A DNA stretch of 60,546 bases from a virus (taxonomy: Duplodnaviria > Caudoviricetes): IMG/VR virus record IMGVR_UViG_3300030101_000172, positions 1-60,546 of that record; one strand, given 5' to 3'. The notes under the pieces were generated by a model. The model made no database searches. It was not told where the DNA came from and saw nothing but the letters and a program-made list of their open reading frames with translations. A program made the translations under genes and the position numbers. Of the stretch, positions 44,401 to 55,100 are shown piece after piece (position 1 is the first letter of the stretch; every line of letters starts with the position of its first letter).

Positions 44401-47400
44401 TATATCGTCTATGACCTCGTCTACTCTTGATAGTGCAGAATCTATTTCTTTGGTTGGTTGTCCTGTTATACGCCTTATAAAATTACCTACGATGTTTACC
44501 AATCTTTGGAACGCATTTATAGGCTTACCATTGGGATTTAAACCAGCTAACTTTGCTTGGAATGATGGATTACTCATAGCCTCTGCCACAAACTCATCTA
44601 CATTCGTAGAGCCGTATGCAGTATCTAACATATCTTTTACGTCATTAAATAACGCATTGAGTTGTTTAGTTGTGGGGTGCGATTTGTTAGCTAGATTAGC
44701 AGAAGTGACAGCGTGTGCCATCTCATGTAGTATCACGTGTGGATTGAAACCAGTGTCTGCGTCTAGTTTTATTGTGTTTGTTTTGGGGTCAAACAAACCT
44801 GATACAGGGATCGCACCCTCATCGGTCAAGTTGTTCACTATTTCTACTTTTGTCGTGCCTACCTTCTGTGCCAACTTGCCTGCAACTTGTGCTGTTTCTT
44901 TATTTAAAGAAGTTGCTTGTAGTCCTTCCAACGCAGATTTTAAATCACCTGCCCTCAAAGAATTTTTAATTATAGGATGCAGTGGTAATGATAATCCCTC
45001 TGTAGCATCCGCTTTTAAATATTTATCTACTATTATAACTTCGGAATCAGCTATAGCCGCTATCTCTTCATCAGTTATTTTATAATCAGCATCAGCTTTT
45101 ATTATCTCATCTGCTGTAGCCATATAATCTTCAAAAGTTTGTTTTTTATCTTTTATATTATTTCTAACTTCATCAAACTGCTCTGCCTCTGCTTTTTGAT
45201 TTGCTTTTAATTTTTTGTCTGTATCAATCTCACCCCATTTACCACCAGCGGCATTACGTCTAAGTTCTCTTTGTTTTATGTAATCAGAACGCTCTATAGC
45301 TATTAGTTTTGTAATCGCATCATTTGCTTTTTTAGATAAGTTCTCTCTTGACCAATCTAATATTTCTTTAGCTCTATTCTGACCAGTTTTATCAAAATAT
45401 TTTTTTAACTCAGGTGTTTTTATTTCTCCTGTCTTGTAAAACCCTTTGTTAAATATAGAATCATGTGCGACAAGGACAAATACGTCAGATGTTCTACTTA
45501 CGTTTTCTGCATACCTATTAAATGCTCTACCTGCTTTTATATCTAAAGACTCTCTTGTCTGCTGTTTTCCTTTGCCTTTTTCTATTATTTCTTGCAGTTT
45601 TTGTAAATCAGACTCTTCAAATATGTTTCCATCATTATTTAAATCAATACCAGTACGAGAATCATAATCAGAAAGAGGTTTACGTAAGTTCTTTACATAT
45701 TCTGTAAGAAGCCCCTCCCTCGTCTTAACTTCTTTTTTCTTTAGTACATTCTTACGTTTACCTGTTTTCTCATCTGTTTCTATAATTACATCGTAAGTTT
45801 GCACCCCTTCGTTTATGGCTTTACTGAGCTGTGACTCTATTCTTTGTTTCTTTGGGCTTTTTTGTAATTTTTTAAATGCTTTTTCGCCATAGATTTGTTT
45901 GGTTTTTGTATCTTCTACAACAACTTTTTTAGGTGTTTCTTTTGGTTTTACTAACGGCTCTTTTTTTGGTTTAATCTTTGTTCTAGTTTTTTTACCTAGA
46001 GCTTTACCTATACCCTCTACTGTTGCGTCATCTTTCAGCTTCTGGCGGGCCCCTTTACGTCTAGTATCACCTGTTAACTTCTTTACACCCTTTTCTCTGT
46101 CAGCTACAAACGCCTCCATGCGTTGAAGTGCATTGTCCGCAGTTGTAACATCTTTATTATTTACAGCCGTATCTAGTTCTCTAGTTATTACACTATATTT
46201 ACCTCTATCATTCCCTTGTTGCACCTTGGTTAGTCTGGTGCTTAAATCGTTTCTTTTCTGTCTTATCTCATTAAATTTTTCTTTTGTTAACTCCTTATCA
46301 GGTGTTACTTCAGTTGTAACTTTATCCACAGGCGTTAATGTATCCTGTTGTTCTCCTTCTCTTCTTCCAACTCTAGTAGTATCTCGTTGGCTAACATCCA
46401 ATCCTGCGGGTGTAAGTGTTGCAAATCCTTCGGGGCTTCTAGTAGTATCGTCAGGTCTTGTTTCTGCCACGTCTTGTACAGCACCTTCAGTGCCTCTTCT
46501 AGCTGCGGTTTCGTCAAGTTTTTCAATCTGTAGGTCATCTGTTTCAACCTTTCTAGTTTCAGGTAGCACCGAGCCTTTTCTTTTTTTGTCAACGTCTGGT
46601 ATTTCAGTTCTTTGTAATCTTGTGCCTTTTTCAACATCTATACCTTTATAGATATCATCTGTTTTTATTTGTTGATAATCTTTAGCTTCTGCTGGTATAG
46701 GTCGCCCATCTCTTACAGCATCAGTGGCTAATTTTATTACAGCTTTCTCTTGTGCATTTATAGCTGTGTCAGCTATACCTGCGTCCCCAAGAGCTTTTGA
46801 AAAACGTTTTTCTGTATTTGTTCTACTAGCAGTGTCAAGATTTTCTAATATAGGTCTAAGAATATCACCACGTTTTATCTCTGTAGTTCTTTTTTGTTCT
46901 GCATCTAATGTCTTAGTGATATCTTTTAGTTGTGCTTCTTTGGCTTGTTCTAGTTTCTTTTCTGCTTCTACCCTAGCAGTTTCTTCATCTTTAGCTATTA
47001 AATCTCTTATTTCTTTTGTCTCGTCTACATCTATTAGACCTTTTAACTGTGCGTCTTCAAGCTCATCTATTAGATCTCGTTGTACGGGGGCATCATCTAC
47101 TTTTGGTTTAGCTGTTTCTGTTGTTTCGCCTTCTTCTGGTACTAATATAAAATTAGGTTCTTGTCTTGCTAATCCTAAGTCTAACCCTTCAAACAATTCA
47201 CCTTGATCTTGACCCTCTTCTAGTTTTGGCCCAGGTCTTCTATCTTCTAAAAGTTTTCTTCCTTGTTCTTCTAACTCTGTTTCAGCGTCTAATGCACTTA
47301 TTGTTTGATCGCCTCTTTGATCTGTTAGTTGTAGTATTTCAGTATTACCATCAGCGTTTGTTCTTTTTCTAAACTTTGGTGCTATCATGTCTCCTACAGC

Positions 47401-48246
47401 TTGCACAAAACCACCAACACCAGCACCATAACCACCTTGTTCTAGTGCATCATCCATCAATCCTTTTTCAGGGTTGTATATACCTTTTTCAATAGCATTT
47501 TGAAGAAACGCTGCAGTAAATTCTTGAGTACCTTCTACTCCTGCTTCTTTAGCTATACGTTTTGCTCTACTAAAAAAATCATCTGCTACATCATCACCAA
47601 CAGATTTTTTAAATGCTTTTATTATTCTAAGTGGAGATATAAGTTCTGTTGCACCGACTGCACCACCTAATAAAGAAGCTATACCTCTTTCGCCCTCTGT
47701 AGCATCTCCTGCACGAGCACGTTCACTAGCCTCACCAGCACCTGCTGACACAGCCAATCCAGCAGCAAGAGGCAATCCTAAAACAGGAACTAATGCTGTT
47801 GCACCAATACCAAGAAAAGAACCTAAAGCCTCACCAAATTTACGACCAAATATTTCTTCTTGGCCTTTTTCTGCTGCGAAAAATTCTCTTACAGGATCAG
47901 TTGCACTTAATATACCCTCTCGTGCTGCCGTCTCTGTATCTTCACCAAAAGGAGTTACTGCACCTAATGCTGCTGATTCTCCAAGGCCCACTGCACCACC
48001 AAAGATACCTTTAATAAATTCTTGACCTTGGTCAATTATATCAGCTTCTTCAGGTTCTTCTTCTATAGGTTTATCTAAGAGATCTTGTAGCTCTGCTTCA
48101 CCTTCTTCTCGCAGTCTGTCAGCCTCACTTGATAAAGAACCAGCACGAAGTTCTTTGTAAGCGTTAGCTACAGTTTCAAATTCTGGTGTGCCTTGCTTAT
48201 CTTGGTTAGCAATAATCCACTCACCAATTTGCTCAATGGTAGCCAT
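41476..48246 (-). CDS. Very large internal virion/ejection protein with a zincin-like HExxH motif (polyvalent-type)
   Basis: 2256 aa. GLFDPKTNTIKL...ILHEMAHA...DEFVAEA. Hydrophobic Gly/Ala-rich N-terminal segment. Last gene of the late arm. Confidence 0.7.
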   Translation of the reverse strand: MATIEQIGEWIIANQDKQGTPEFETVANAYKELRAGSLSSEADRLREEGEAELQDLLDKPIEEEPEEADIIDQGQEFIKGIFGGAVGLGESAALGAVTPFGEDTETAAREGILSATDPVREFFAAEKGQEEIFGRKFGEALGSFLGIGATALVPVLGLPLAAGLAVSAGAGEASERARAGDATEGERGIASLLGGAVGATELISPLRIIKAFKKSVGDDVADDFFSRAKRIAKEAGVEGTQEFTAAFLQNAIEKGIYNPEKGLMDDALEQGGYGAGVGGFVQAVGDMIAPKFRKRTNADGNTEILQLTDQRGDQTISALDAETELEEQGRKLLEDRRPGPKLEEGQDQGELFEGLDLGLARQEPNFILVPEEGETTETAKPKVDDAPVQRDLIDELEDAQLKGLIDVDETKEIRDLIAKDEETARVEAEKKLEQAKEAQLKDITKTLDAEQKRTTEIKRGDILRPILENLDTASRTNTEKRFSKALGDAGIADTAINAQEKAVIKLATDAVRDGRPIPAEAKDYQQIKTDDIYKGIDVEKGTRLQRTEIPDVDKKRKGSVLPETRKVETDDLQIEKLDETAARRGTEGAVQDVAETRPDDTTRSPEGFATLTPAGLDVSQRDTTRVGRREGEQQDTLTPVDKVTTEVTPDKELTKEKFNEIRQKRNDLSTRLTKVQQGNDRGKYSVITRELDTAVNNKDVTTADNALQRMEAFVADREKGVKKLTGDTRRKGARQKLKDDATVEGIGKALGKKTRTKIKPKKEPLVKPKETPKKVVVEDTKTKQIYGEKAFKKLQKSPKKQRIESQLSKAINEGVQTYDVIIETDEKTGKRKNVLKKKEVKTREGLLTEYVKNLRKPLSDYDSRTGIDLNNDGNIFEESDLQKLQEIIEKGKGKQQTRESLDIKAGRAFNRYAENVSRTSDVFVLVAHDSIFNKGFYKTGEIKTPELKKYFDKTGQNRAKEILDWSRENLSKKANDAITKLIAIERSDYIKQRELRRNAAGGKWGEIDTDKKLKANQKAEAEQFDEVRNNIKDKKQTFEDYMATADEIIKADADYKITDEEIAAIADSEVIIVDKYLKADATEGLSLPLHPIIKNSLRAGDLKSALEGLQATSLNKETAQVAGKLAQKVGTTKVEIVNNLTDEGAIPVSGLFDPKTNTIKLDADTGFNPHVILHEMAHAVTSANLANKSHPTTKQLNALFNDVKDMLDTAYGSTNVDEFVAEAMSNPSFQAKLAGLNPNGKPINAFQRLVNIVGNFIRRITGQPTKEIDSALSRVDEVIDDIITPAPEFRSAGQLALVAQRPELLKTVKRIVSSTADVMDKNKYTSVVYDFLSSKAPKLLKSGVFISLPIQALGDLATRYNFKSPRVRELQKTIDLMNGETGQVDVAIDAAMRKYEPFFEKAINDGRKESFDFVVYQSTVFRVDPTKKRDEYKNKDGTARTDESGNDLLKKYDEIQKEWNKLGQEGQAIYNDMRRTYAKQYEKLKNVILGEIDNSDASTEVKQSLKKEVLAKLFDKNKIEPYFPLTREGDYWVSYQIKKGDSTEMAYEAFESNRGRERAMAELANDPDVSNVETYSTLDKVNFQTAPSGSFVKDVLQVMKVNKVDDVTQEQVLRMFIETLPATSFAKSFVKRKNSPGYKEDALGAFKEKGYDIGRQVVRMKYGKKLQEIDDGLAEDYKKLGNPKAKEYVLELQKRARFARNPPRDILMRASAQANRIAFLGTIGLNISSAIVNMTQVPLMFQPILGGKYGHRESFKAIKEAGVFIGSSGVGKKARKITTPNGEVVDVGAAWSIDNYYVADKDGKFKLRDDLNVDANKLRQLNRLLPLVQSASDRGQLNRSLFYDTLTLEEGGRARNLWDKINAFSAFFFHQQEKFNRQVALISTYNLELNRLENSTKASERNLSTAEKQELAANEALYRSQEMNGGASLANAPRIAQIPIGRVAMMYKSYGIQMYYTLIKTGLKAVGADKSLSPQEKKIAQKQFLGICASSALLAGIQGMPFVGLVMFIANMFLDDEEESAEFLTNRFLGDHLYKGPISAEFTDISGRVGLSNLIFRNNPYNKDDSVLETVGKTLLGPAGSVIGQFGAGISEVTDEFGDTQRGIERMMPAAIRNIFKTGRYIADDGIYTRRGDLIVDDISGHGLFFQFLGFPPSEYTRAQEQNQVAKGIDKAVNVRRSKLLRQLYLEIRHGMDTEDALNAINKFNKRHPRFAISADAMRRSIKQHVRQSATMHNGVSLSPKMRAYMRDEEDMYDFD

Positions 48247-48247
48247 T

Positions 48248-50209
48248 TTACTTTATACCTAGTATTTTATCTACTTCGTCCATATTAGTAGTGCCGCCTC
48301 CACCACTTATATCTTTTTCTAAATCTTTTATAATACCGTTAGTAACGGCTTGTAGAGATGCTGTATCTGACTTAATAAATGCGTTCATTTGATCTATAAG
48401 TTCTTTAGCTCTTTTTTCGCCTGCGGCTCCACCTGGGTTTAGTTTAGCGTCTTCTGCCGCTTTTAGATATACTTTTTGATATTTAGATTTTAAGTCGGCT
48501 ATGATTTTTTGTGTGCCAGTAAACAATGTTGTTCTAAAATTTCTTAAACTTGTAGCACTCTTTATCTTATTTGCTTCTGCTAACAATGCATTCTTTTGTC
48601 TACCTAAATCTGCTTGTAAGTTAGCTATTTCAACTTTAACTTCTCTATCTGCAGCCTGAGACATTAACTTTGCATGGGCTATATTAGCTCTTTGTTTAAA
48701 GGTTGCATTATCTACATCCTGCTTATAGAACATTTCTGCATCTTTACTAACTGCATTTAACACAGTCGCATCAAGTTTAGCTTTTGCTGTTCTCGTTGCA
48801 GCATTTTCTCTAGCCGCAGTGTCACCACGCTTTTCACCTATATCAAAAGCGGTTTTAGTTATCTCAAAAGTTTTACTTAGGATATCTGCTTTATCTTTGC
48901 CTATTTCTTTAATTAAATCTTTTTTATCGCCAAAAAGATCTTGGAAACCTTTTACTTTAAATCTTTCTTGTGCTTTTTCTTCTGCTAGAGATGCCCTTGT
49001 TACACCTCCTAGTGTGGTTCCAAAAGTAGCTCCACCTGCTCCACCTGCAAGAGCAGCTCTTAACCTACGATCACGTAACACATCAGGATCTTGCATACCT
49101 TCATAAAACTTTTCTTTTCCTGCTAGTAATTTTTCTAAATCGCTTTGTTTTGTTTTTTGTATTGATTCTAACCCAGGGATTATATCTTTAGTAGCATCTG
49201 TAAAATCGTCTCTACCCTTTTTTCTTATTGCATCTACATCTTTTATTTTATATGTATCATCTGTTTCTTTTAGTTTTTTAACTTCTTTTCTTAGAGATTC
49301 TAAAGGAGATTTATATTTTACTGAAGAAGCATCTATAGCCGTTATACCTGACTTAGGTGCGGTTAACTTATCGTCTTTTGGTTCCTCTCCTGTTCCTAAT
49401 GTTCCATAACCATAGTCCATAACAAATTCAGGAAGAGGTTTTTTTGGTATATTACCTACTCCTATAGCCATAGGATCTACACTTGTGTTAACTTCGGGGC
49501 CACCCATCTGACTAGCTATATCCGCTATGTTTCTTTGTGCTAATTTCCCTAAAGGCGTATCTTTTTGAAATCTATTTAATACATTAGACCCAGGAATTAG
49601 TGGTATCGTATCACCTTTTGACGCTCCCATGCCAAGACCCATAACTTGATCGTCATATGCTTGATCTGCTATTAATTTATCACCTAATACTTTTTGCATA
49701 CCTTCGGGTTGAGCTTTTGGTTCTCTTAGTTTTGCTATAGCAGCTCGTTTTTCTTCTGGCCCTAAATTTTTATCCGCCATTATCTCAGCGATTTTTTCTT
49801 GTATTAGTTTATCTAAAACACTACCCCCAGGCTGAAACCCTACAATGCCACCATCTGCCATTGTTTTCATATTAGGTGCAGGTCTACCTGTTATACCTTG
49901 AGCCATAGCTTTTTTAAGATTACCTTGCTCTTTAGCTTTTTTAAGAGCCATTATACCACTAGTCTGGTCAATAAGCTCTTTTTTAGTCATATCTAACACT
50001 TCTTTTTCTCTTTGTGCTTTAATAGTGTTAGGGTTGTTTTGCATTTTCATTTGCATATCACGGGCAGCGGCTTCTTTCTCACTTTTTAATTTTTGTAAAG
50101 CGAGTAAATCTATAAGTTGTTGACCTTTTTGGAATTTTTGCATTAATGCGTTAGGGTTATCTCGAAACGCATTTATTCTAGTTTGTACTTCGTTATCCAT
50201 TATTGCCAT
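48248..50209 (-). CDS. Putative internal virion/ejection protein
   Basis: Helical and Lys/Ala-rich, with MADGGIVGFQPGGSV. Confidence 0.6.
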   Translation of the reverse strand: MAIMDNEVQTRINAFRDNPNALMQKFQKGQQLIDLLALQKLKSEKEAAARDMQMKMQNNPNTIKAQREKEVLDMTKKELIDQTSGIMALKKAKEQGNLKKAMAQGITGRPAPNMKTMADGGIVGFQPGGSVLDKLIQEKIAEIMADKNLGPEEKRAAIAKLREPKAQPEGMQKVLGDKLIADQAYDDQVMGLGMGASKGDTIPLIPGSNVLNRFQKDTPLGKLAQRNIADIASQMGGPEVNTSVDPMAIGVGNIPKKPLPEFVMDYGYGTLGTGEEPKDDKLTAPKSGITAIDASSVKYKSPLESLRKEVKKLKETDDTYKIKDVDAIRKKGRDDFTDATKDIIPGLESIQKTKQSDLEKLLAGKEKFYEGMQDPDVLRDRRLRAALAGGAGGATFGTTLGGVTRASLAEEKAQERFKVKGFQDLFGDKKDLIKEIGKDKADILSKTFEITKTAFDIGEKRGDTAARENAATRTAKAKLDATVLNAVSKDAEMFYKQDVDNATFKQRANIAHAKLMSQAADREVKVEIANLQADLGRQKNALLAEANKIKSATSLRNFRTTLFTGTQKIIADLKSKYQKVYLKAAEDAKLNPGGAAGEKRAKELIDQMNAFIKSDTASLQAVTNGIIKDLEKDISGGGGTTNMDEVDKILGIK

Positions 50210-50213
50210 GTTA

Positions 50214-51221
50214 TTACCCTACTATAAATTCATCTTCTGTAGTATCATCTTTTGTAGTATCATCTGTTTTTAATACTTCATTTACATCTTCTGATATATC
50301 TTCAACATCTGACTCTGGTGTGGTTAAACCAAGTAACGCACCTAAATCAAAGCCACTACCATCTGCACCAGTACCAAATAGACTATTATATAAAGTCATT
50401 ATACCACTTGTACCACCTAATAACTCTGATAATGCACTTGGTTGTGCATATGTATATTGTTGTGCAGCAAGCGGTAGTCCCTGCAATAAAGATTGCATAT
50501 ATTGTATTTGTTTATATGGATAATCTCTTTCTTCTTCAAACTGTGTTTTATCTGCTGCAATACCCTCTGCATCTATAGCTCTTTGTATATCACCAGCTTT
50601 TAGTTGTGCACCCAAGGCTGTTAATCCAAATTCATTTAAAGCATCTTGAGCAGTTTGTTCTCTACCTTGTTCTACGTTAAACTGCCCCATAGCTTTATCA
50701 AAAGCATCTCTATATCCTGCTCCTGTGATACCTGCTAATCTATCTAGTAAACCACGAGCTCCTTCTGCTTCCATGACAGCCTGTCGTGAACCACCAAAAG
50801 CTCCTGCTCTTGTTAATCTACCTGCATCCTCGATACGTTGTATGTTAGCTTGTCTTTTAGCTTCATCTATCTGTGGCTGTAATGCTGCCATTATGTAAGG
50901 ATTCATAAACTTTGCAGCTACACCCTCATCAGTAAAACTCCCAGGGGTGAATCCCCCCATATCATCGGTGGGCACAGTCAAATTAGCAAGTCCTGTAAAC
51001 GCATCAGTTTGTAAATCGGATTCACCTGCTGTTAGAGGGCCTGTGTACGCCTCATAAGGCATGTCTGCCAAAGCCTCACCTTTACCAAGCATATCTGTTA
51101 CGTAAGGGCCTACGTAATTTGATAGGGAGGATTCTGTGCCCGTTTGTTGACCTACTAACTTAGCCCCTGGATCTGGGGTTGTTTGGTTAGCTATTGTGGT
51201 ATCTGGTGTTGTTTCAGTCAT
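50214..51221 (-). CDS. Putative ejection (DNA transfer) protein
   Basis: FMNPYI...AGAFGGSRQAV...YPYKQIQYMQSLLQGLP. Confidence 0.6.
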   Translation of the reverse strand: MTETTPDTTIANQTTPDPGAKLVGQQTGTESSLSNYVGPYVTDMLGKGEALADMPYEAYTGPLTAGESDLQTDAFTGLANLTVPTDDMGGFTPGSFTDEGVAAKFMNPYIMAALQPQIDEAKRQANIQRIEDAGRLTRAGAFGGSRQAVMEAEGARGLLDRLAGITGAGYRDAFDKAMGQFNVEQGREQTAQDALNEFGLTALGAQLKAGDIQRAIDAEGIAADKTQFEEERDYPYKQIQYMQSLLQGLPLAAQQYTYAQPSALSELLGGTSGIMTLYNSLFGTGADGSGFDLGALLGLTTPESDVEDISEDVNEVLKTDDTTKDDTTEDEFIVG

Positions 51222-51222
51222 G

Positions 51223-52155
51223 TTAGCCTCTCATAGTTGGCATCATTCTATTAGGATTTATAGCAGGAGCTTGTCTTGTAGTTCCTGTTCTAGCTTTTCT
51301 AACCCTGTCCATCATTGCATATAAATTTTTTGCTCCTGCATCAGAGTTGCCATTACCTAACCCACTGACGACATCTGCAGGTATTACAAACTCTCCATCA
51401 CTTAAAGCAGCAGGTTGTGTATTTCCTATCATAGCAGGCACTTTATCTGCCATACCATCAGTAGCACCACCTAAATACATACCTCGATTTAAACGTGCTA
51501 TACCACCTCTTGCCAATCCAAAATTTGCTCTTTCTTCTTCTGTTAACAAACTCTCTGCTGTTGGCACAGTAGGTATTGGTTGTGTAGCCGCAGGTGTTGT
51601 CTGTGCAATTTGTTCTGCCTGTGCAAGTTGATCCGCCTGTGCAAGAATTGAGTTAGCTGCATCTGCCTCTCTTTTAGCTCTTAATGCAGCCAGTCCCTCT
51701 CCTTGTCTATTTTGTTGTGCTAAATTAGCTAGATTCATAGCCTGTAATCCAGCAGCTTGGCTACTTGTGTCTTGAGTGCCACGCTCTCCACCGCTAAATG
51801 CAACATCTGTAAAATAACGCTGTCCACCACTCCCAGGCCGTCTTTCAGGGTCATATGTCCCAGGGACTCTTGTTCTTGTAGCAGTATAATCTGGTATTTT
51901 ACCTTGATACCCTAATTTTTCTGTTTGAGGGCCACCAAATAATTTACCTAAATACGTGTCAGCACCTATTACACCTGTGTCTGCAAGTACCTTTCCAAGT
52001 GCCCCTATACCACCAGCAACTTTACCAAAATCTACACTACCATCACTTTTTTTAAAAACATCTCCCACATCAGAAATTAGCCCATCATCAGTGTCGGTTA
52101 GGTAGTTAAACGCATCTGAACCGAAATTCATTATATCATCAAAAATATCAGCCAT
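51223..52155 (-). CDS. Putative internal virion protein
   Basis: DGMADKVPAMI...ALSDGEFVIPADVVSGLGNG. Confidence 0.6.
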   Translation of the reverse strand: MADIFDDIMNFGSDAFNYLTDTDDGLISDVGDVFKKSDGSVDFGKVAGGIGALGKVLADTGVIGADTYLGKLFGGPQTEKLGYQGKIPDYTATRTRVPGTYDPERRPGSGGQRYFTDVAFSGGERGTQDTSSQAAGLQAMNLANLAQQNRQGEGLAALRAKREADAANSILAQADQLAQAEQIAQTTPAATQPIPTVPTAESLLTEEERANFGLARGGIARLNRGMYLGGATDGMADKVPAMIGNTQPAALSDGEFVIPADVVSGLGNGNSDAGAKNLYAMMDRVRKARTGTTRQAPAINPNRMMPTMRG

Positions 52156-55100
52156 TAATCGTCCCCAATAAGTTTTAATAATGTATCATTTAAATTACTA
52201 ACTTGTCCACCTCTATTGTAAGGTGTTTGATAAAAAGCCTCTTGACCTGCATCACGAAATATACTTTCAAACTGGTAAGGTGCTCCTATTTTAGCTAATT
52301 CCACTGGTTTTAAAGGCGTGAGTTGTTGTGGTTGTAGCCCTTGATACAACTGTTTTGCTAAGTCCATTTGCTGTCCTCTTTTTGCTGCTACGGCTCTTCT
52401 TCTAGCTTCATCTTCTACTTCTTGTTCATATTGTTGCATAAAATCAGTTTGTTTATCAGATATAGTAGATAATTGATCTAATAATTGTTGATTAGCATCT
52501 TGTGTTGTAGCAAATAATCCTGTGGCTTGATCTGTATCTGTGGCAGGTTTGCCTAATATATCTGCAACATCAGTTATATTTTGTCCTTGTGTACCAAGAG
52601 CGTCTGATAAAATATCTAGTTGATCTTGTATTTCAGATCCTTTTCTTACATCTTCTATTTCTGCAAAAATACCTGTAGCAGGATCAGTATCCGTAGCAGG
52701 ACTACCAATCATATTTTTTAATACGTTAAATCTAGCTTCTGGTAATGCTTCTTCTACCTTACCACCAAGCAAAGTTTGATCGTATTGACCCATAAGTTTT
52801 CTTGCATCTTCAGGTAAAACGTCTGAAAGACCTGCATTTTTAAATGCCTCAAATGCCTCTGTTTCCGTTACTAATTTAGGGTCTACATACTCACCTACGG
52901 ACACTCTTTGTTTTACTTCTTCTGTTTGACCAACAAAATTATTTATTTCATCATCTGTAGCAGTGTAACCTAAAGCATCAAAATAAGATTTAGCCTCATC
53001 AAATGAGGTCATGCGTGGATCTACATACTCACCAATAGCTTTAGCTTGTTCTGTTTCTGCTATTTGTGCTGTAAATTGTGCAACTTCTTCGTCTGTAGGT
53101 GTGTACCCTAAATCTGTAAGATATTTACGAGATTCTTCTTTTGTTACGGCTGTAGGATCTAAATCTTTCCTAGCCTGTTCTAATAATGTAGACTCATCTT
53201 TTTGCCCTACATATTGATTTATCTGCTCATCTGTAAGGGTAACGCCCTCTGATGCAGCTATATTTTGTATTTCTTGTTTATCAACAAATCTAGGGTCTAT
53301 ATAAGCATCAAAATCAGTGTTAAATTGCTCACTTGATGATTTACCTACAAATCTGTCAACTTCAGATTGTTCAGGTTTATAATCGCCAAATTCTCTATAT
53401 TTATCATATACTTCTTCTGAACCTATATACGCATCGTCATAATACGTATTCATTATGTTTGACGTTATATTACTGTCTATGCCTAAATCTGTTAAATTTT
53501 GCTCTAAAACAGACATATTTTCTGTTGTTTTATCTGTATTTCCTATGACACTACTAACTTCAGGATTAAAATTAGCTATGGCACTAGATACAAAATCTCC
53601 AGTTGTAATAACATTTAACTTATTTTCTACTGCATTATAACCCTCTACAGTGCCGTATATGGTAGCAGACGTACCACCACCAGAAATCATGCCTAATACA
53701 GTATTTGCTGTTACATTACCGATTGTATCTCTTTCAGGGTCTATTTGTACTAATTTGCTTTCTGACCATGCTTTAGGTAATCCCTCTTCAAAACCTTCTT
53801 GTACAGTTTCTTTGCCTATTACTTCAAATGCTTCTGATATATTGCCTTTTTTCTTGCCACCAAATATAGCCTTCTCAAAATCATTACCTTTTAATACTTT
53901 ACCTGTAGCTAAAGTTGTTATAGCAGATATAGTCCCTGCTTCTTTTGCTAAATCAAACGCATATTCTGTTGCTTGTTCTTCATTCATGCCTGATTTTATA
54001 GCTGTTCTGTAGGCTTCATCAAAAGTTTCTACTGCTGTACCACCAAAACCTTCTGCCATACTTGCAGTAACAGATGTGCCAACACCAACTTTCATAGCTA
54101 TGTTTTTAGCGTAAGCCTCGCCACCTTCCATTAAGACCTTTTTAGCAACATTGGCTGTTCCGCCACTTAATAATAACAAAGGCACTTCTTGTATAACTTC
54201 TTTTGCTATGTATTCTGCTGCAAAAGTTAGTGGTGCTTCAGATGCACCTCCATATATAGCTTTTGTGGTCTCCCATGCTCTTTCAAACCAAGGTGCATTA
54301 GGGTCTATATTTTCTCTTAACGCAGTTATTGTATCTTGTATTTTTTCTACATTATTTTTATATTCTTCTGTTTTAACATCATCACCTAGTTTTATTAGAT
54401 TTCTAGCAAATTGACCTACGGCTGTAGTTTCAGGATTTACATTTGCTAATACTAATAAACCATTAAAACTTTGTATAAGTTCTCCACCTGCACTTAATAC
54501 AACACCTGCTGTGTCTTTTAAAAAGTCTGGTGCATCTTCTGTTTTTGCATATTCATATGCTTGTTGTATAAATGCCCATGTAGTGCTACCTAGACCAGCC
54601 TCTAAAAATTTTTTTGAGTCTTCATCTTGTATTTCTGCATATGTTTTTATACCTGCTTCAGTATTTGTTTCTAGTAATGTATCGGCTGTTAATAAAGGTA
54701 GTTGTTCTACTTTCATAAGCACATTACCATCTAAATCTTGCACCTCATACCCGTCTTTTATGGCTACATTCTGTACTATTTTATTTTCTTTAGGATCAAA
54801 ATAAGGACTTGAATTACCTGCAGTTAATATTGCGTAACTAAGACCCCCATCTTCATTTGTAACAACTTTTGCATTGTTACTAACAATATCAGCATCGGTT
54901 ACTCCGCTTTTATCTATGTCATCATTTTCATATTTAGACAAAGCATGATGAACCGAACTAACAAATTTTTGATTACCTATATATTGATCTATTTCAGCGT
55001 CTGTTTTTCCTTGTTGTTTTAACACATCCATAACAAGATCTTGACTTCTTAAATAATCTTGAGCTATTTGTTCTGCATAATTAGTAACATCTGCATTTTT

